The notes beneath the pieces were generated by a model. The model was not told the origin of the DNA. It was given only the letters and a program-made list of their open reading frames with translations, and made no database searches. Shown here piece by piece: positions 1 through 9,458 of a DNA stretch of 40,379 bases. Origin of the DNA: an uncultured Lachnoanaerobaculum sp. (GTDB taxonomy: Bacteria; Bacillota; Clostridia; Lachnospirales; Lachnospiraceae); assembly GCA_963518365.1 (NCBI GenBank), contig CAUQKD010000001.1, positions 1-40,379 of the forward strand, written 5' to 3'. Each line of letters begins with the position of its first letter. Position 1 is the first letter of the stretch. The position numbers and the translations under genes are program-made.

Positions 1-24
1 GTTTAATTCAAGGAGGAATTAACA

Positions 25-1224
25 ATGGCAAAAGCAAAATTTGATAGAACAAAGCCTCATGCTAACATTGGTACAATCGGACACGTAGATCATGGTAAAA
101 CAACTCTTACAGCAGCTATCTCTAAGGTTCTTGCAACAAGATTCCCTTCAGAGACAAACAAGATCGTAGACTTCGATAAGATCGATAAGGCTCCTGAGGA
201 GAAGGAAAGAGGTATCACAATCTCAACAGCTCATATTGAGTATGAGACAGCTAAGAGACATTACGCACATGTTGACTGTCCGGGACACGCCGACTATGTA
301 AAGAACATGATCACAGGTGCTGCACAGATGGACGGTGCTATCCTTGTTGTTGCTGCTACTGACGGTGTTATGGCTCAGACAAGAGAGCATATCCTTCTTT
401 CAAGACAGGTAGGTGTTCCATATATCGTTGTATTCATGAACAAGTGTGATATGGTTGACGATGAGGAGCTTCTTGAGCTTGTAGAGATGGAGATCAGAGA
501 CCTTCTTAACGAGTATGAGTTCCCTGGCGATGATACACCTATTATTCAGGGTTCAGCTCTTAAGGCTCTTGAGGATCCGATGGGACCTTGGGGTGACAAG
601 ATCATGGATCTTATGGATGCTGTTGACAGCTACATTCCTGATCCTGAGAGAGATACAGATAAGCCTTTCCTTATGCCTATCGAGGATGTATTTACAATCA
701 CAGGTCGTGGTACAGTTGCTACAGGTAGAGTAGAGAGAGGTACACTTAACCTTAACGATACAGTAGAGATTCTTGGTATCCATGAGGATAAGAAGTCAAC
801 TGTTGTTACAGGTATCGAGATGTTCAGAAAGCTTCTTGATCAGGCTCAGGCAGGCGATAACATCGGTGCTCTTCTTAGAGGTGTTCAGAGAACAGAGATC
901 GAAAGAGGACAGGTTCTTGCTAAGCCGGGTTCAGTAACATGCCATAAGAAGTTTACAGCTCAGGTTTACGTTCTTACAAAGGACGAGGGTGGACGTCATA
1001 CACCTTTCTTCAACAACTATCGTCCACAGTTCTACTTCAGAACAACAGATATCACAGGTGTTTGCAACCTTCCTGCAGGAACAGAGATGTGCATGCCTGG
1101 TGATAACGTAGAGATGACAATTGAGCTTATCCATCCTGTTGCTTGTGAGCAGGGTCTTAGATTCGCTATCCGTGAGGGTGGTAGAACAGTAGGTTCAGGT
1201 AGAGTTGCATCTATCATCGAGTAA
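25..1224 (+). CDS. tuf: Elongation factor Tu
   Basis: [13 protein letters not shown] and NKCD GTPase motifs; RGITI; C-terminal [19 protein letters not shown]. Confidence 0.99.
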   Translation: MAKAKFDRTKPHANIGTIGHVDHGKTTLTAAISKVLATRFPSETNKIVDFDKIDKAPEEKERGITISTAHIEYETAKRHYAHVDCPGHADYVKNMITGAAQMDGAILVVAATDGVMAQTREHILLSRQVGVPYIVVFMNKCDMVDDEELLELVEMEIRDLLNEYEFPGDDTPIIQGSALKALEDPMGPWGDKIMDLMDAVDSYIPDPERDTDKPFLMPIEDVFTITGRGTVATGRVERGTLNLNDTVEILGIHEDKKSTVVTGIEMFRKLLDQAQAGDNIGALLRGVQRTEIERGQVLAKPGSVTCHKKFTAQVYVLTKDEGGRHTPFFNNYRPQFYFRTTDITGVCNLPAGTEMCMPGDNVEMTIELIHPVACEQGLRFAIREGGRTVGSGRVASIIE

Positions 1225-1307
1225 TCTTTGATTAAAAAATAAAGGGTATTATATCGGTTATACAGTGATGCGTCTTTTGATGCTAGGTAATCTATAATAC
1301 CTTCGTA

Positions 1308-1347
1308 TAAAAAAACGGACTCCCAAAGTTGGGGGTCCTGTTTTTAT
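1308..1347. terminator. Bidirectional intrinsic terminator between tuf and the convergent DUF3881 gene
   Basis: GGACTCCC-aaagtt-GGGGGTCC stem flanked by an A-tract and a T-tract. Confidence 0.8.
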
Positions 1348-2210
1348 TACTGATTTATTTTACCGTGCAGCCAAATGTTTCCTTTGAACCTTCTGCCGAC
1401 CATAGGTTCACCTTGCAAATCCTCTTTCTTTATGGCTACACTAAGTTCTATATCACTGCATTCTATCTTAAGTATCAGAAGTTTTTCATTGGTCAGTTCA
1501 TTTTCTTCTTCTTTAATATCCAAGATATTTCCTACAATACTGTATATATCATTTTCCATACCGTAAGGCATAAACAGTGTATCGACGATACTGTATACAT
1601 CCTCGGTCTGTATCCTGTCACTGAGAGTGGAATACAGTAATGCTTCATCAGTAGTCAGAGTATCTATAGCATTTTCATCACCGCGCTTGGCGGCTTCTAT
1701 AAGTAAAGTTCGATCCTGTGACCTTTGCTTTGAACTTTCAATTTCCACCAAGGTCTTTTTTATAGGTAATAGGATCCTGCCGTCCGAGCAAAAGCCGAAC
1801 AGGTTGACAGATGATATCTTCCTGCCGGTGTTATCAATATAGTCAAGTGGGTTTGAAAGCCTGAATATCAAAGACATTCCAAGTCTGTTGTCATCAAGCA
1901 TACCTGAGAATACGGAGTCGTCTATATGCTTTTCAACACTGCATTTTGAGGTAGAACTTATAGAAGTGTTTTTTATATGGGGGAAATAGCCCTCTCTTAT
2001 AAATACACCGAGATTTTCAAGATATCCGTATATACATATCCCCACAGACTCCGAGAGACTTTTACGTATCTCCCAGAGCCTTTCCTTTTCAGTAGTCACA
2101 CTGATTCTTGTCGAGGCGATATTCTCTCTTTGAATCTTATCAAGCAATTCTTTTACTTCATTTTTTTTCTTGTACATTGAGAAGCCGATGCTTCTAATAT
2201 AATTTTGCAA
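1347..2210 (-). CDS. DUF3881-like conserved Lachnospiraceae protein
   Basis: 287-aa ORF; N-terminal YIRSIGFS, LIEAAKRGDENAI and C-terminal GEPMVGRRFKGNIWLHG recalled as typical of DUF3881; TTG start 2 nt after the upstream stop. Confidence 0.75.
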   Translation of the reverse strand: MQNYIRSIGFSMYKKKNEVKELLDKIQRENIASTRISVTTEKERLWEIRKSLSESVGICIYGYLENLGVFIREGYFPHIKNTSISSTSKCSVEKHIDDSVFSGMLDDNRLGMSLIFRLSNPLDYIDNTGRKISSVNLFGFCSDGRILLPIKKTLVEIESSKQRSQDRTLLIEAAKRGDENAIDTLTTDEALLYSTLSDRIQTEDVYSIVDTLFMPYGMENDIYSIVGNILDIKEEENELTNEKLLILKIECSDIELSVAIKKEDLQGEPMVGRRFKGNIWLHGKINQ

Positions 2211-2212
2211 TT

Positions 2213-4042
2213 TTATATTCCCTCTTTCCTACGAGATTTACGTATTTCGTTGCGAGTCTCACCGGCAAACCATTCACGCTTCTCACTGTCTGTCTCAGGT
2301 ATAAGTCTCGGAACTCTGTGAGGCTTGTCATCCTGTAGTGCAACATATACCAGGTATGCGGTATTTACAAGGAATCTTTGTCCTGTAGCCAAATCTTCCA
2401 CATAGCTGTTTACTCTTACTTCCATAGTTGAGTTGCCTACATGAGTCAGATTTGCAACCAAAACCGCAATATCACCGATATACATAGGCTTTGAAAAATG
2501 TATATTGTCAATTGCCACGGTGGAGACAGGCATATTACAATGTCTCTTGGCTGCGATACCTCCTATAAGATCAATCCACGAAAGCAGGTCGCCGCCGAAA
2601 AGTCTGCCTGAAGCGTTTAAGTATCTGGCGCTGACCTGATAGGTCTGCTCACATCTTGAATCACTTACTCTCTTTACAGTATCTCCGTTTTGAATACAGT
2701 CATTCCAAGGAGTTTCATTCTTTATCATATTATCTGTAATATTTTCCATAAATATCCTCGTATTCTTTATTTTATTTCTTTTTTCTACGATTGCCTCTAT
2801 CACAGGAACCATAAATATAGCGACTATACCGCCTGCAAATCCGTTATTGTAAAGGTTCAGACCTTTGTATACAATACCTACATTAAGTGCCACGGATGAA
2901 TGTAAGAACCCGGCTATAAGTCCTGCCAGTACGCCGAACTCACCTGCAATAGGCGCTAAAGTGGTGGATAATAAAAGCGTAAGTATAGGTGCAGGATCAT
3001 TAAGATGCCATTGCTTCATAAAGGCGGAGATACATACTCCGACCATTACCGGAAGTATATTTCGCATATGCTTGCCGGCAGGAGAAAAGCCTACTATTGT
3101 AAATATCGATCCGATGGTCGGTCCGTTTAAGTCACCTTTTGCAGCCAGTACAAAAGCTGTAGCTATTATACCGTTTATTGACATATTAAAGATATATACG
3201 GCATCCGAATAATTGTGCTTATATGTACCGTGTACTCCGGTTTCACGAAGCAGCCTTATATATTCCGGAAAAAGCTCTTTACCGTCAAGTATAAGAGCAA
3301 CCACAACCATATAGCCGAACAGCACAAACAGTGTAACGGCAAATAATACGGTATGTGAACTGTCCCAAATAAGTCTGGTCTCTATATCTACACCGAATGA
3401 TTTGAATATGGATACCAGTACTGTAGCTATAATACCTGATGAAAACCCTACATTGTAAAGAGAATAGCCCTTGTGAGCGGATTTTACATGAAGTGATATT
3501 GGAAGAAGTACATATCCTATGATAAGTCCGGTAGCTGTTGCAAGCAGCAGCTGCCAAACTGTACTTTTATGCCCTATTTGCATTACAAGTGTAATGGCAG
3601 GTGAGAGGCTGGTACCGTACAGACCGTAGTAGATATATTTCTTCAGTGAATATCCGTGCAGTCTGGCATAGACAAAGAAGCCGATAAGTATAAGCCATAT
3701 ATTAACTACATTCTTTCCGAAAAGTGAAAATCCGAATATAAGATATGAGCTTACCACTATATGTCTGTCAAACTCCACCTTAAAGTTATACAGCAAAAAA
3801 AGCAGGATAAGTGTAAGTATCCCCGCATTGAAAAAGGCTGCACCGATACCGCCGACCACTATATAGTCGGTGATAAGAAGGTCGGGCTGTATGATTATTT
3901 GCCAAAGTCCGGGCAATATTTCCTTGATAGGTGAAAATATCAGTGCAAATATCATAAAATAAATGGGGACCGTAGAGATAAATAAAAATCTCTGCTTATA
4001 AGTTAATGTTCCGGTGGCTCTGTAATCCCTAAAAAATGCCAT
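2213..4042 (-). CDS. DUF1576-type multi-pass membrane protein fused to a C-terminal hotdog-fold acyl-CoA thioesterase
   Basis: ~420 hydrophobic aa with GFSLFGKN, GYSLYNVGFSSG and GLNLYNNGFAGG; C-terminal LNASGRLFGGDLLSWID and VGNSTMEV (YciA/YkhA-like). Start moved to ATG 4042 because of the GGGAG RBS. Confidence 0.8.
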   Translation of the reverse strand: MAFFRDYRATGTLTYKQRFLFISTVPIYFMIFALIFSPIKEILPGLWQIIIQPDLLITDYIVVGGIGAAFFNAGILTLILLFLLYNFKVEFDRHIVVSSYLIFGFSLFGKNVVNIWLILIGFFVYARLHGYSLKKYIYYGLYGTSLSPAITLVMQIGHKSTVWQLLLATATGLIIGYVLLPISLHVKSAHKGYSLYNVGFSSGIIATVLVSIFKSFGVDIETRLIWDSSHTVLFAVTLFVLFGYMVVVALILDGKELFPEYIRLLRETGVHGTYKHNYSDAVYIFNMSINGIIATAFVLAAKGDLNGPTIGSIFTIVGFSPAGKHMRNILPVMVGVCISAFMKQWHLNDPAPILTLLLSTTLAPIAGEFGVLAGLIAGFLHSSVALNVGIVYKGLNLYNNGFAGGIVAIFMVPVIEAIVEKRNKIKNTRIFMENITDNMIKNETPWNDCIQNGDTVKRVSDSRCEQTYQVSARYLNASGRLFGGDLLSWIDLIGGIAAKRHCNMPVSTVAIDNIHFSKPMYIGDIAVLVANLTHVGNSTMEVRVNSYVEDLATGQRFLVNTAYLVYVALQDDKPHRVPRLIPETDSEKREWFAGETRNEIRKSRRKEGI

Positions 4043-4087
4043 AAGAAACTCCCATTTGAGGCTCAAACCTCATCATATTTTTATTTA

Positions 4088-4117
4088 ATTATAATTAATA
4101 ATGGGGAGTTTCGTCAA
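4088..4117 (-). promoter_or_regulatory. SigA promoter for the DUF1576-thioesterase/DUF3881 operon
   Basis: TTGACG-18 bp-TATAAT on the minus strand. Confidence 0.65.
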
Positions 4118-4152
4118 ATACTTTGATATATATAAAGAAAATTATAAGAAAT

Positions 4153-4180
4153 AAAAAAGCTGTCACCAATTGTGACAGCT
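4153..4180 (-). terminator. Intrinsic terminator after tRNA-Leu
   Basis: AGCTGTCAC/GTGACAGCT stem followed by T6 on the minus strand. Confidence 0.85.
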
Positions 4181-4183
4181 AAA

Positions 4184-4263
4184 TGCGGGTGACAGGAATC
4201 GAACCTGCACGGTCTCCCACAAGAACCTAAATCTTGCGTGTCTGCCAATTTCACCACACCCGC
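4184..4263 (-). tRNA. tRNA-Leu(TAG)
   Basis: GCGGGTG/CACCCGC acceptor stem, CAAGA-TT-TAG-GT-TCTTG anticodon arm, long variable arm, GGTTCGATTCC; CCA not encoded. Confidence 0.97.
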
Positions 4264-4274
4264 ATACCTGTAGA

Positions 4275-4303
4275 AGTATACTCTGTAGGTAGGTAAATGT
4301 CAA
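4275..4303 (-). promoter_or_regulatory. SigA promoter of tRNA-Leu
   Basis: TTGACA-17 bp-TATACT. Confidence 0.8.
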
Positions 4304-4435
4304 GAAAAAAATCAATATGCTATAATTTTTTGAGTATGTCGAAAAGTTTTTCAGTTTGAAAACTTTTTTGCTTTGGTTTATCATAGATAGAAAAGTTTGT
4401 GGGCTTTTGTTCACAGGAAAGAAGTGTGAGTTTTT

Positions 4436-5026
4436 ATGTTTTCAGAAAATGTTCAAAAGATTTTTGATGAAATTATGGCGGACAAGGAGAATAAGGAGTT
4501 TACCGATGCAGGGATTAAGCCTTTGTTTTCAGCTCCGCAAAATGCCCGAGTGATGATTGTAGGTCAGGCACCGGGAATTAAGGCGCAGGAAGCAAGGAAG
4601 TATTGGTTTGATAAGAGCGGTGACAGACTTAGAGAGTGGCTTGGTGTTGATGCGGACACATTCTATAACTCAGATATTTTTGCCGTCATTCCTATGGATT
4701 TTTATTATCCGGGAAAGGGTAAGAGCGGTGATCTTCCACCAAGAAAAGATTTTGCTCCTAAGTGGCATCCGAGACTGTTAAAAGAGTTGCCTAATATTGA
4801 GCTTATTATTCTGATAGGTCAGTATGCACAAAAGTATTATTTGGGTGATAAAGAGAAGAAGAATCTGACTGAAACGGTCAAGGCTTATAAGGAGTATTTG
4901 CCGAAGCTTTTGCCGCTTGTACATCCGTCACCGAGAAATTTGATGTGGTTAAAGAAGAATCCTTGGTTTGAGGAAGAAATTGTTCCTATGTTACAGGAAA
5001 GAATAAGAGGTTATTTAAATAACTGA
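4436..5026 (+). CDS. Uracil-DNA glycosylase superfamily protein (family 4-like, no Fe-S cysteines)
   Basis: IVGQAPG and LVHPSPRN motifs; SGDRLREWLG. Confidence 0.88.
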   Translation: MFSENVQKIFDEIMADKENKEFTDAGIKPLFSAPQNARVMIVGQAPGIKAQEARKYWFDKSGDRLREWLGVDADTFYNSDIFAVIPMDFYYPGKGKSGDLPPRKDFAPKWHPRLLKELPNIELIILIGQYAQKYYLGDKEKKNLTETVKAYKEYLPKLLPLVHPSPRNLMWLKKNPWFEEEIVPMLQERIRGYLNN

Positions 5027-5079
5027 TTGTAACTTGGGGGCAATGACTTGACCCCAAATATTTATAGAAAGGGATTAAG

Positions 5080-6147
5080 ATGAAAGCATATCTTGTTTTG
5101 GAAGACGGCAGCGTTTATGAGGGTGAAAATGTAGGAGCCTTTAGGGAAGCGGTAAGTGAAATTGTTTTTAACACTTCAATGACAGGTTATCTTGAAGTGA
5201 TGACCGACCCGTCTTATGCGGGGCAGGCGGTTGTGATGACATATCCTCTGATAGGAAATTACGGAATTTGCTATGATGATATGGAGTCTTACAGGCCGTG
5301 GATAGACGGCTTGATTGTGCGTGAATTATCTGAAGTCGCATCTAATTTTCGAAATGAAGACAGTATACAAAATTTCTTGATAAAAAATAATATCCCCTGT
5401 ATTTGCGGTATTGATACCCGCGATTTAACAAAAAAATTGAGAGAACACGGTACTATGAACGGTTTTATAACTGTTGACAGTTCTTTTGTTGTAGAAAAAA
5501 TATTGCAAAGGATAAAGGAGTACAGTGTAAAAGGTGTAGTAAAAAGAACAAGCACAAAAGAGGCTTACAGTTTACCGGGAAAAGGTAAAAGAGTGGTGCT
5601 GATTGACTTCGGAGCTAAGAAAAATATTGCAAGGCAGCTGCAAAAAAGAGACTGTGAGGTGATAGTGGTGCCATGTGATACAAAGGCAAAAGAAATTTTA
5701 AAGCTTAAGCCTGACGGCATTATGTTAAGCAACGGACCCGGAGATCCTAAGGAGAATGCAGACATAATAGAGGAAATAAAAAAGCTTTACGATACAGATA
5801 TCCCGATATTTGCGATATGTCTCGGGCATCAGCTTATGGCATTGGCTACAGGTGCGAACACTTATAAGTTAAGGTACGGTCACAGAGGAGGTAACCATCC
5901 GGTAAAGGACCTTGAAACCGGCAGAACATATATTTCATCACAAAATCACGGATATGCTGTAGATGAAAGTACATTGGATAAGAATATATGTGTGCCTGCC
6001 TTTGTAAATGTAAATGACGGTACAAATGAGGGATTAAGATATATAAATAAAAAGATTTTTACGGTACAGTATCACCCTGAGGCCTGCCCGGGACCATGTG
6101 ACAGTTCATATCTGTTTGATAAGTTTATAAAGATGATGGAGGATTAA
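5080..6147 (+). CDS. carA: Carbamoyl-phosphate synthase small subunit
   Basis: EIVFNTSMTGY, SNGPGDP, ICLGHQ, SQNHGY and QYHPE glutaminase motifs. Confidence 0.98.
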   Translation: MKAYLVLEDGSVYEGENVGAFREAVSEIVFNTSMTGYLEVMTDPSYAGQAVVMTYPLIGNYGICYDDMESYRPWIDGLIVRELSEVASNFRNEDSIQNFLIKNNIPCICGIDTRDLTKKLREHGTMNGFITVDSSFVVEKILQRIKEYSVKGVVKRTSTKEAYSLPGKGKRVVLIDFGAKKNIARQLQKRDCEVIVVPCDTKAKEILKLKPDGIMLSNGPGDPKENADIIEEIKKLYDTDIPIFAICLGHQLMALATGANTYKLRYGHRGGNHPVKDLETGRTYISSQNHGYAVDESTLDKNICVPAFVNVNDGTNEGLRYINKKIFTVQYHPEACPGPCDSSYLFDKFIKMMED

Positions 6148-9100
6148 ATGCCAAGGAATAATGATATAAAGAAAGTATTGGTAATAGGTTCGGGACCGAT
6201 AGTTATCGGGCAGGCGGCGGAATTTGATTATGCGGGTACACAGGGTTGCCTTGCTCTTAAAGAAGAAGGAGTAGAGGTGATACTTATCAATTCAAATCCT
6301 GCTACAATAATGACTGATAAAGATATTGCGGATGAAGTGTATATAGAGCCTTTGACAGCCGAATTTGTCAAAAAGGTAATAAAAAAAGAAAGGCCTGATT
6401 CTTTGTTGCCGACACTTGGCGGTCAGGCGGGGCTTAATTTGGCCATGGAGCTTTTTGAAGAGGGATTCCTTAAAAAAGAGAATGTAAGACTGATAGGAAC
6501 TACGCCGCTTACTATAAAGAAAGCCGAGGACAGAGATACATTCAAACAGACTATGGAAAAAATAGGAGAGCCTATTGCGGCATCCAAAGTGGTTGAGAAT
6601 GTAAAAGACGGTGTAGAGTACGCAAAAACTCTAGGTTATCCGGTAGTACTTCGTCCCGCATATACTCTTGGAGGTTCAGGATGCGGTATTGTATACAATG
6701 GAGAAGAACTTATTGAGACTCTTGAGAACGGACTTAGGCTTTCAAGGGTAGGTCAGGTCTTGGTAGAGAGATGTATTGCAGGTTGGAAGGAAATAGAGTA
6801 TGAGGTGATGCGTGACGGCATCGGCAATGTGATTACAGTCTGCAATATGGAAAACATCGACCCTGTGGGTGTACATACAGGTGATTCCATAGTGGTTGCA
6901 CCAAGTCAAACTTTGGGGGATAAGGAATATCAGATGCTTAGAAGCTCGGCACTTAATATTATAACGGAGCTTAATATCACAGGAGGTTGCAATGTACAGT
7001 ATGCACTAAATCCCGACAGCTTTGAATACTGTGTAATCGAGGTGAATCCGAGGGTATCAAGGTCGTCGGCACTTGCAAGTAAGGCTACAGGTTACCCGAT
7101 TGCCAAAGTGGCTGCAAAGATTGCACTTGGATACACATTGGATGAGATAAAAAATGCCGTGACTAAGAAAACTTATGCGGCATTTGAACCTATGCTTGAC
7201 TATGTGGTAGTAAAGATGCCGAGACTTCCGTTTGATAAATTTTTCAGTGCAAAGAGAGAACTCGGTACTCAGATGAAGGCTACAGGCGAGGTGATGAGTA
7301 TTTGCAATAACTTTGAAGGCGGACTTATGAAGGCGATACGCTCGCTTGAACAGCATGTAAACAGTCTGCTTGACTATGATTACAGTAAGCTTGATAATGA
7401 GAGCTTAAAGAGTGAACTTCAAAGAATTGATGACAGAAGAATATGGGTAATTGCCGAGGCAATCAGAAAGGGCATTTCATTTGAAGAGATACATAAGATA
7501 ACAAAGATTGATATTTGGTTTATCTCTAAGATTGCAAATATTGTAAAGACTGAAAAAAGGCTTTCAAGTGAGATATTGGACGAAGAGCTCTTAAAAGAAG
7601 CAAAGAGACTTGAATTCCCGGATAGTCTGATAGCAAAGCTGTCAAATAAAAGTGAAGAAGAGATAAAGACATTAAGACACAGATTCGATATAAGGGCGGT
7701 ATATAAGATGGTAGATACCTGCGCCGGAGAATTCAAAGCACATACACCGTACTTTTATTCATGCTATGGCGGAAGTAATGAAGCAAAAAGGTCTTATAGA
7801 AAGAAAGTTTTGGTACTGGGTTCGGGACCTATAAGAATCGGGCAAGGAATTGAATTTGACTTTTGCAGCGTGCATTCAACTTGGGAATTTAAAAGACTTG
7901 GATATGAAACCGTTATAATCAATAACAATCCCGAAACAGTCAGTACAGATTTTGATATAGCGGATAAGCTTTATTTTGAACCGCTTACTCCTGAAGATGT
8001 GGAAAGTATTGTAGATATAGAAAAACCTGACGGAGCCGTAGTACAGTTTGGCGGACAGACAGCCATCAAGTTGACACAGAGCCTTATAAAGATGGGAGTT
8101 CCTATACTCGGTACAGATGCAAAAGATGTGGATGCGGCGGAGGACAGAGAACTTTTTGATGAAATCCTTGAAGAATGTGAGATTCCAAGACCTAAGGGCG
8201 AGACCGTATATAAGGCAAAGGAGGCAAAGGAAGCGGCAAACAGGCTTTTATATCCCGTACTTGTAAGACCGTCCTATGTACTGGGAGGTCAGGGAATGCA
8301 GATTGCGACAAATGATAATGATATAGACGGTTTTATGGAGATAATAAACAGAATTGCACAGGAGCACCCTATACTGGTAGATAAGTATATACTTGGAAAG
8401 GAAATAGAGGTGGATGCGGTATGTGACGGTAAAGATATACTTATTCCGGGTATTATGGAGCATATAGAAAGAGCCGGTGTACATTCGGGAGATTCTATAA
8501 GCGTATACCCTGCCAAGTCTTTAAGTGACACCGTAAAGTCTAAGGTTGTAGAATATACAAAAAGGCTTGCAAAGGCTCTCCATATAAAGGGAATGATAAA
8601 CATACAGTTCATAGCGGACGGAGAGGATGTATATGTAATAGAAGTAAATCCTAGGTCGTCAAGGACGGTTCCGTATATCAGTAAGGTGACAGGTGTTCCT
8701 ATAATATCACTTGCGACAAGAGCAATCTGTGGGGAGAGCATAAAAGATATGGGATATGGAATGGGGATTTTAAAAGAACCGGATTTGGTGGCTGTTAAGA
8801 TGCCGGTGTTCTCATTTGAAAAGATAAAGGGTGCTGATATTTCGCTCGGACCTGAGATGAAGTCAACAGGTGAGTGTCTGGGAATAGGTAAAAACTTCAA
8901 TGAGGCATTATATAAGGCATTTGTGGGTGCAGGCATAAGACTTCCGAAACATAAAAAGATGATAATTACAGTCAGAGACAGTGAAAAAGAAAAGGTCATA
9001 GATATTGCAAAGAGATTTCGTGCTTTGGGGTATATTATATACTCTACAAAGGGAACTGCAAAAGTATTAAGTGACAACGGAGTAAATGCGATTGTAATAA

Positions 9101-9339
9101 GAAAACTTGAAGAAGAAGGACCGAATATTCTTGACCTTATACTAAGTCATGAGATAGATATTGTGATTGATGTTCCTATGAGAGGAATAGCCGGAAGCAA
9201 AGACGGGTTTATAATAAGAAGAAATGCAATAGAAACCGGTGTGAATGTGCTTACCTCAACAGATACGGCAAAAGCACTGGTAAGTTCACTTGAGAACGAA
9301 GAGGGAGAAATAGATATAATTGATATTACAAAGTTATAA
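6148..9339 (+). CDS. carB: Carbamoyl-phosphate synthase large subunit
   Basis: GSGPIVIGQAAEFDY; two ATP-grasp halves (EVNPRVSRS, EVNPRSSRT); C-terminal MGS-like domain; abuts the carA stop. Confidence 0.98.
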   Translation: MPRNNDIKKVLVIGSGPIVIGQAAEFDYAGTQGCLALKEEGVEVILINSNPATIMTDKDIADEVYIEPLTAEFVKKVIKKERPDSLLPTLGGQAGLNLAMELFEEGFLKKENVRLIGTTPLTIKKAEDRDTFKQTMEKIGEPIAASKVVENVKDGVEYAKTLGYPVVLRPAYTLGGSGCGIVYNGEELIETLENGLRLSRVGQVLVERCIAGWKEIEYEVMRDGIGNVITVCNMENIDPVGVHTGDSIVVAPSQTLGDKEYQMLRSSALNIITELNITGGCNVQYALNPDSFEYCVIEVNPRVSRSSALASKATGYPIAKVAAKIALGYTLDEIKNAVTKKTYAAFEPMLDYVVVKMPRLPFDKFFSAKRELGTQMKATGEVMSICNNFEGGLMKAIRSLEQHVNSLLDYDYSKLDNESLKSELQRIDDRRIWVIAEAIRKGISFEEIHKITKIDIWFISKIANIVKTEKRLSSEILDEELLKEAKRLEFPDSLIAKLSNKSEEEIKTLRHRFDIRAVYKMVDTCAGEFKAHTPYFYSCYGGSNEAKRSYRKKVLVLGSGPIRIGQGIEFDFCSVHSTWEFKRLGYETVIINNNPETVSTDFDIADKLYFEPLTPEDVESIVDIEKPDGAVVQFGGQTAIKLTQSLIKMGVPILGTDAKDVDAAEDRELFDEILEECEIPRPKGETVYKAKEAKEAANRLLYPVLVRPSYVLGGQGMQIATNDNDIDGFMEIINRIAQEHPILVDKYILGKEIEVDAVCDGKDILIPGIMEHIERAGVHSGDSISVYPAKSLSDTVKSKVVEYTKRLAKALHIKGMINIQFIADGEDVYVIEVNPRSSRTVPYISKVTGVPIISLATRAICGESIKDMGYGMGILKEPDLVAVKMPVFSFEKIKGADISLGPEMKSTGECLGIGKNFNEALYKAFVGAGIRLPKHKKMIITVRDSEKEKVIDIAKRFRALGYIIYSTKGTAKVLSDNGVNAIVIRKLEEEGPNILDLILSHEIDIVIDVPMRGIAGSKDGFIIRRNAIETGVNVLTSTDTAKALVSSLENEEGEIDIIDITKL

Positions 9340-9403
9340 GTACACAAATTTAACACAGAATAAACATAGATAAAACTTATTTAAAACATATATCTGCCAT
9401 AAT
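9339..9403 (+). promoter_or_regulatory. Pho-box-like 11-bp-periodic array plus extended -10
   Basis: AGTACA, TTAACA, TAAACA, AAAACT and AAAACA at 9339, 9350, 9361, 9372 and 9383; TG-c-CATAAT at 9395-9403. Confidence 0.6.
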
Positions 9404-9458
9404 TTAATCTTAATATATACATAGTAACTTATTAAACATTGTATATGAGGGAATAATT

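Noticed and set aside
4265..4296. GTAGGTAGGTAA in the tRNA-Leu promoter resembling the Rrf2 half-site
   Set aside because: Low-complexity match without a correctly spaced partner half-site
4163..4414. 83-aa ORF on minus; also 35285-35476
   Set aside because: These run through tRNA genes and promoters
5035..5058. Hairpin between the UDG gene and carA as a PyrR attenuator
   Set aside because: No PyrR binding-loop motif, no U-tract, and the intergenic space is too short
8289..9077. 262-aa antisense ORF inside carB, and similar ones at 16560-17237, 17878-18522 and 38379-38969
   Set aside because: They lie opposite well-supported genes, show no recognisable motifs, and are the expected shadow of codon bias
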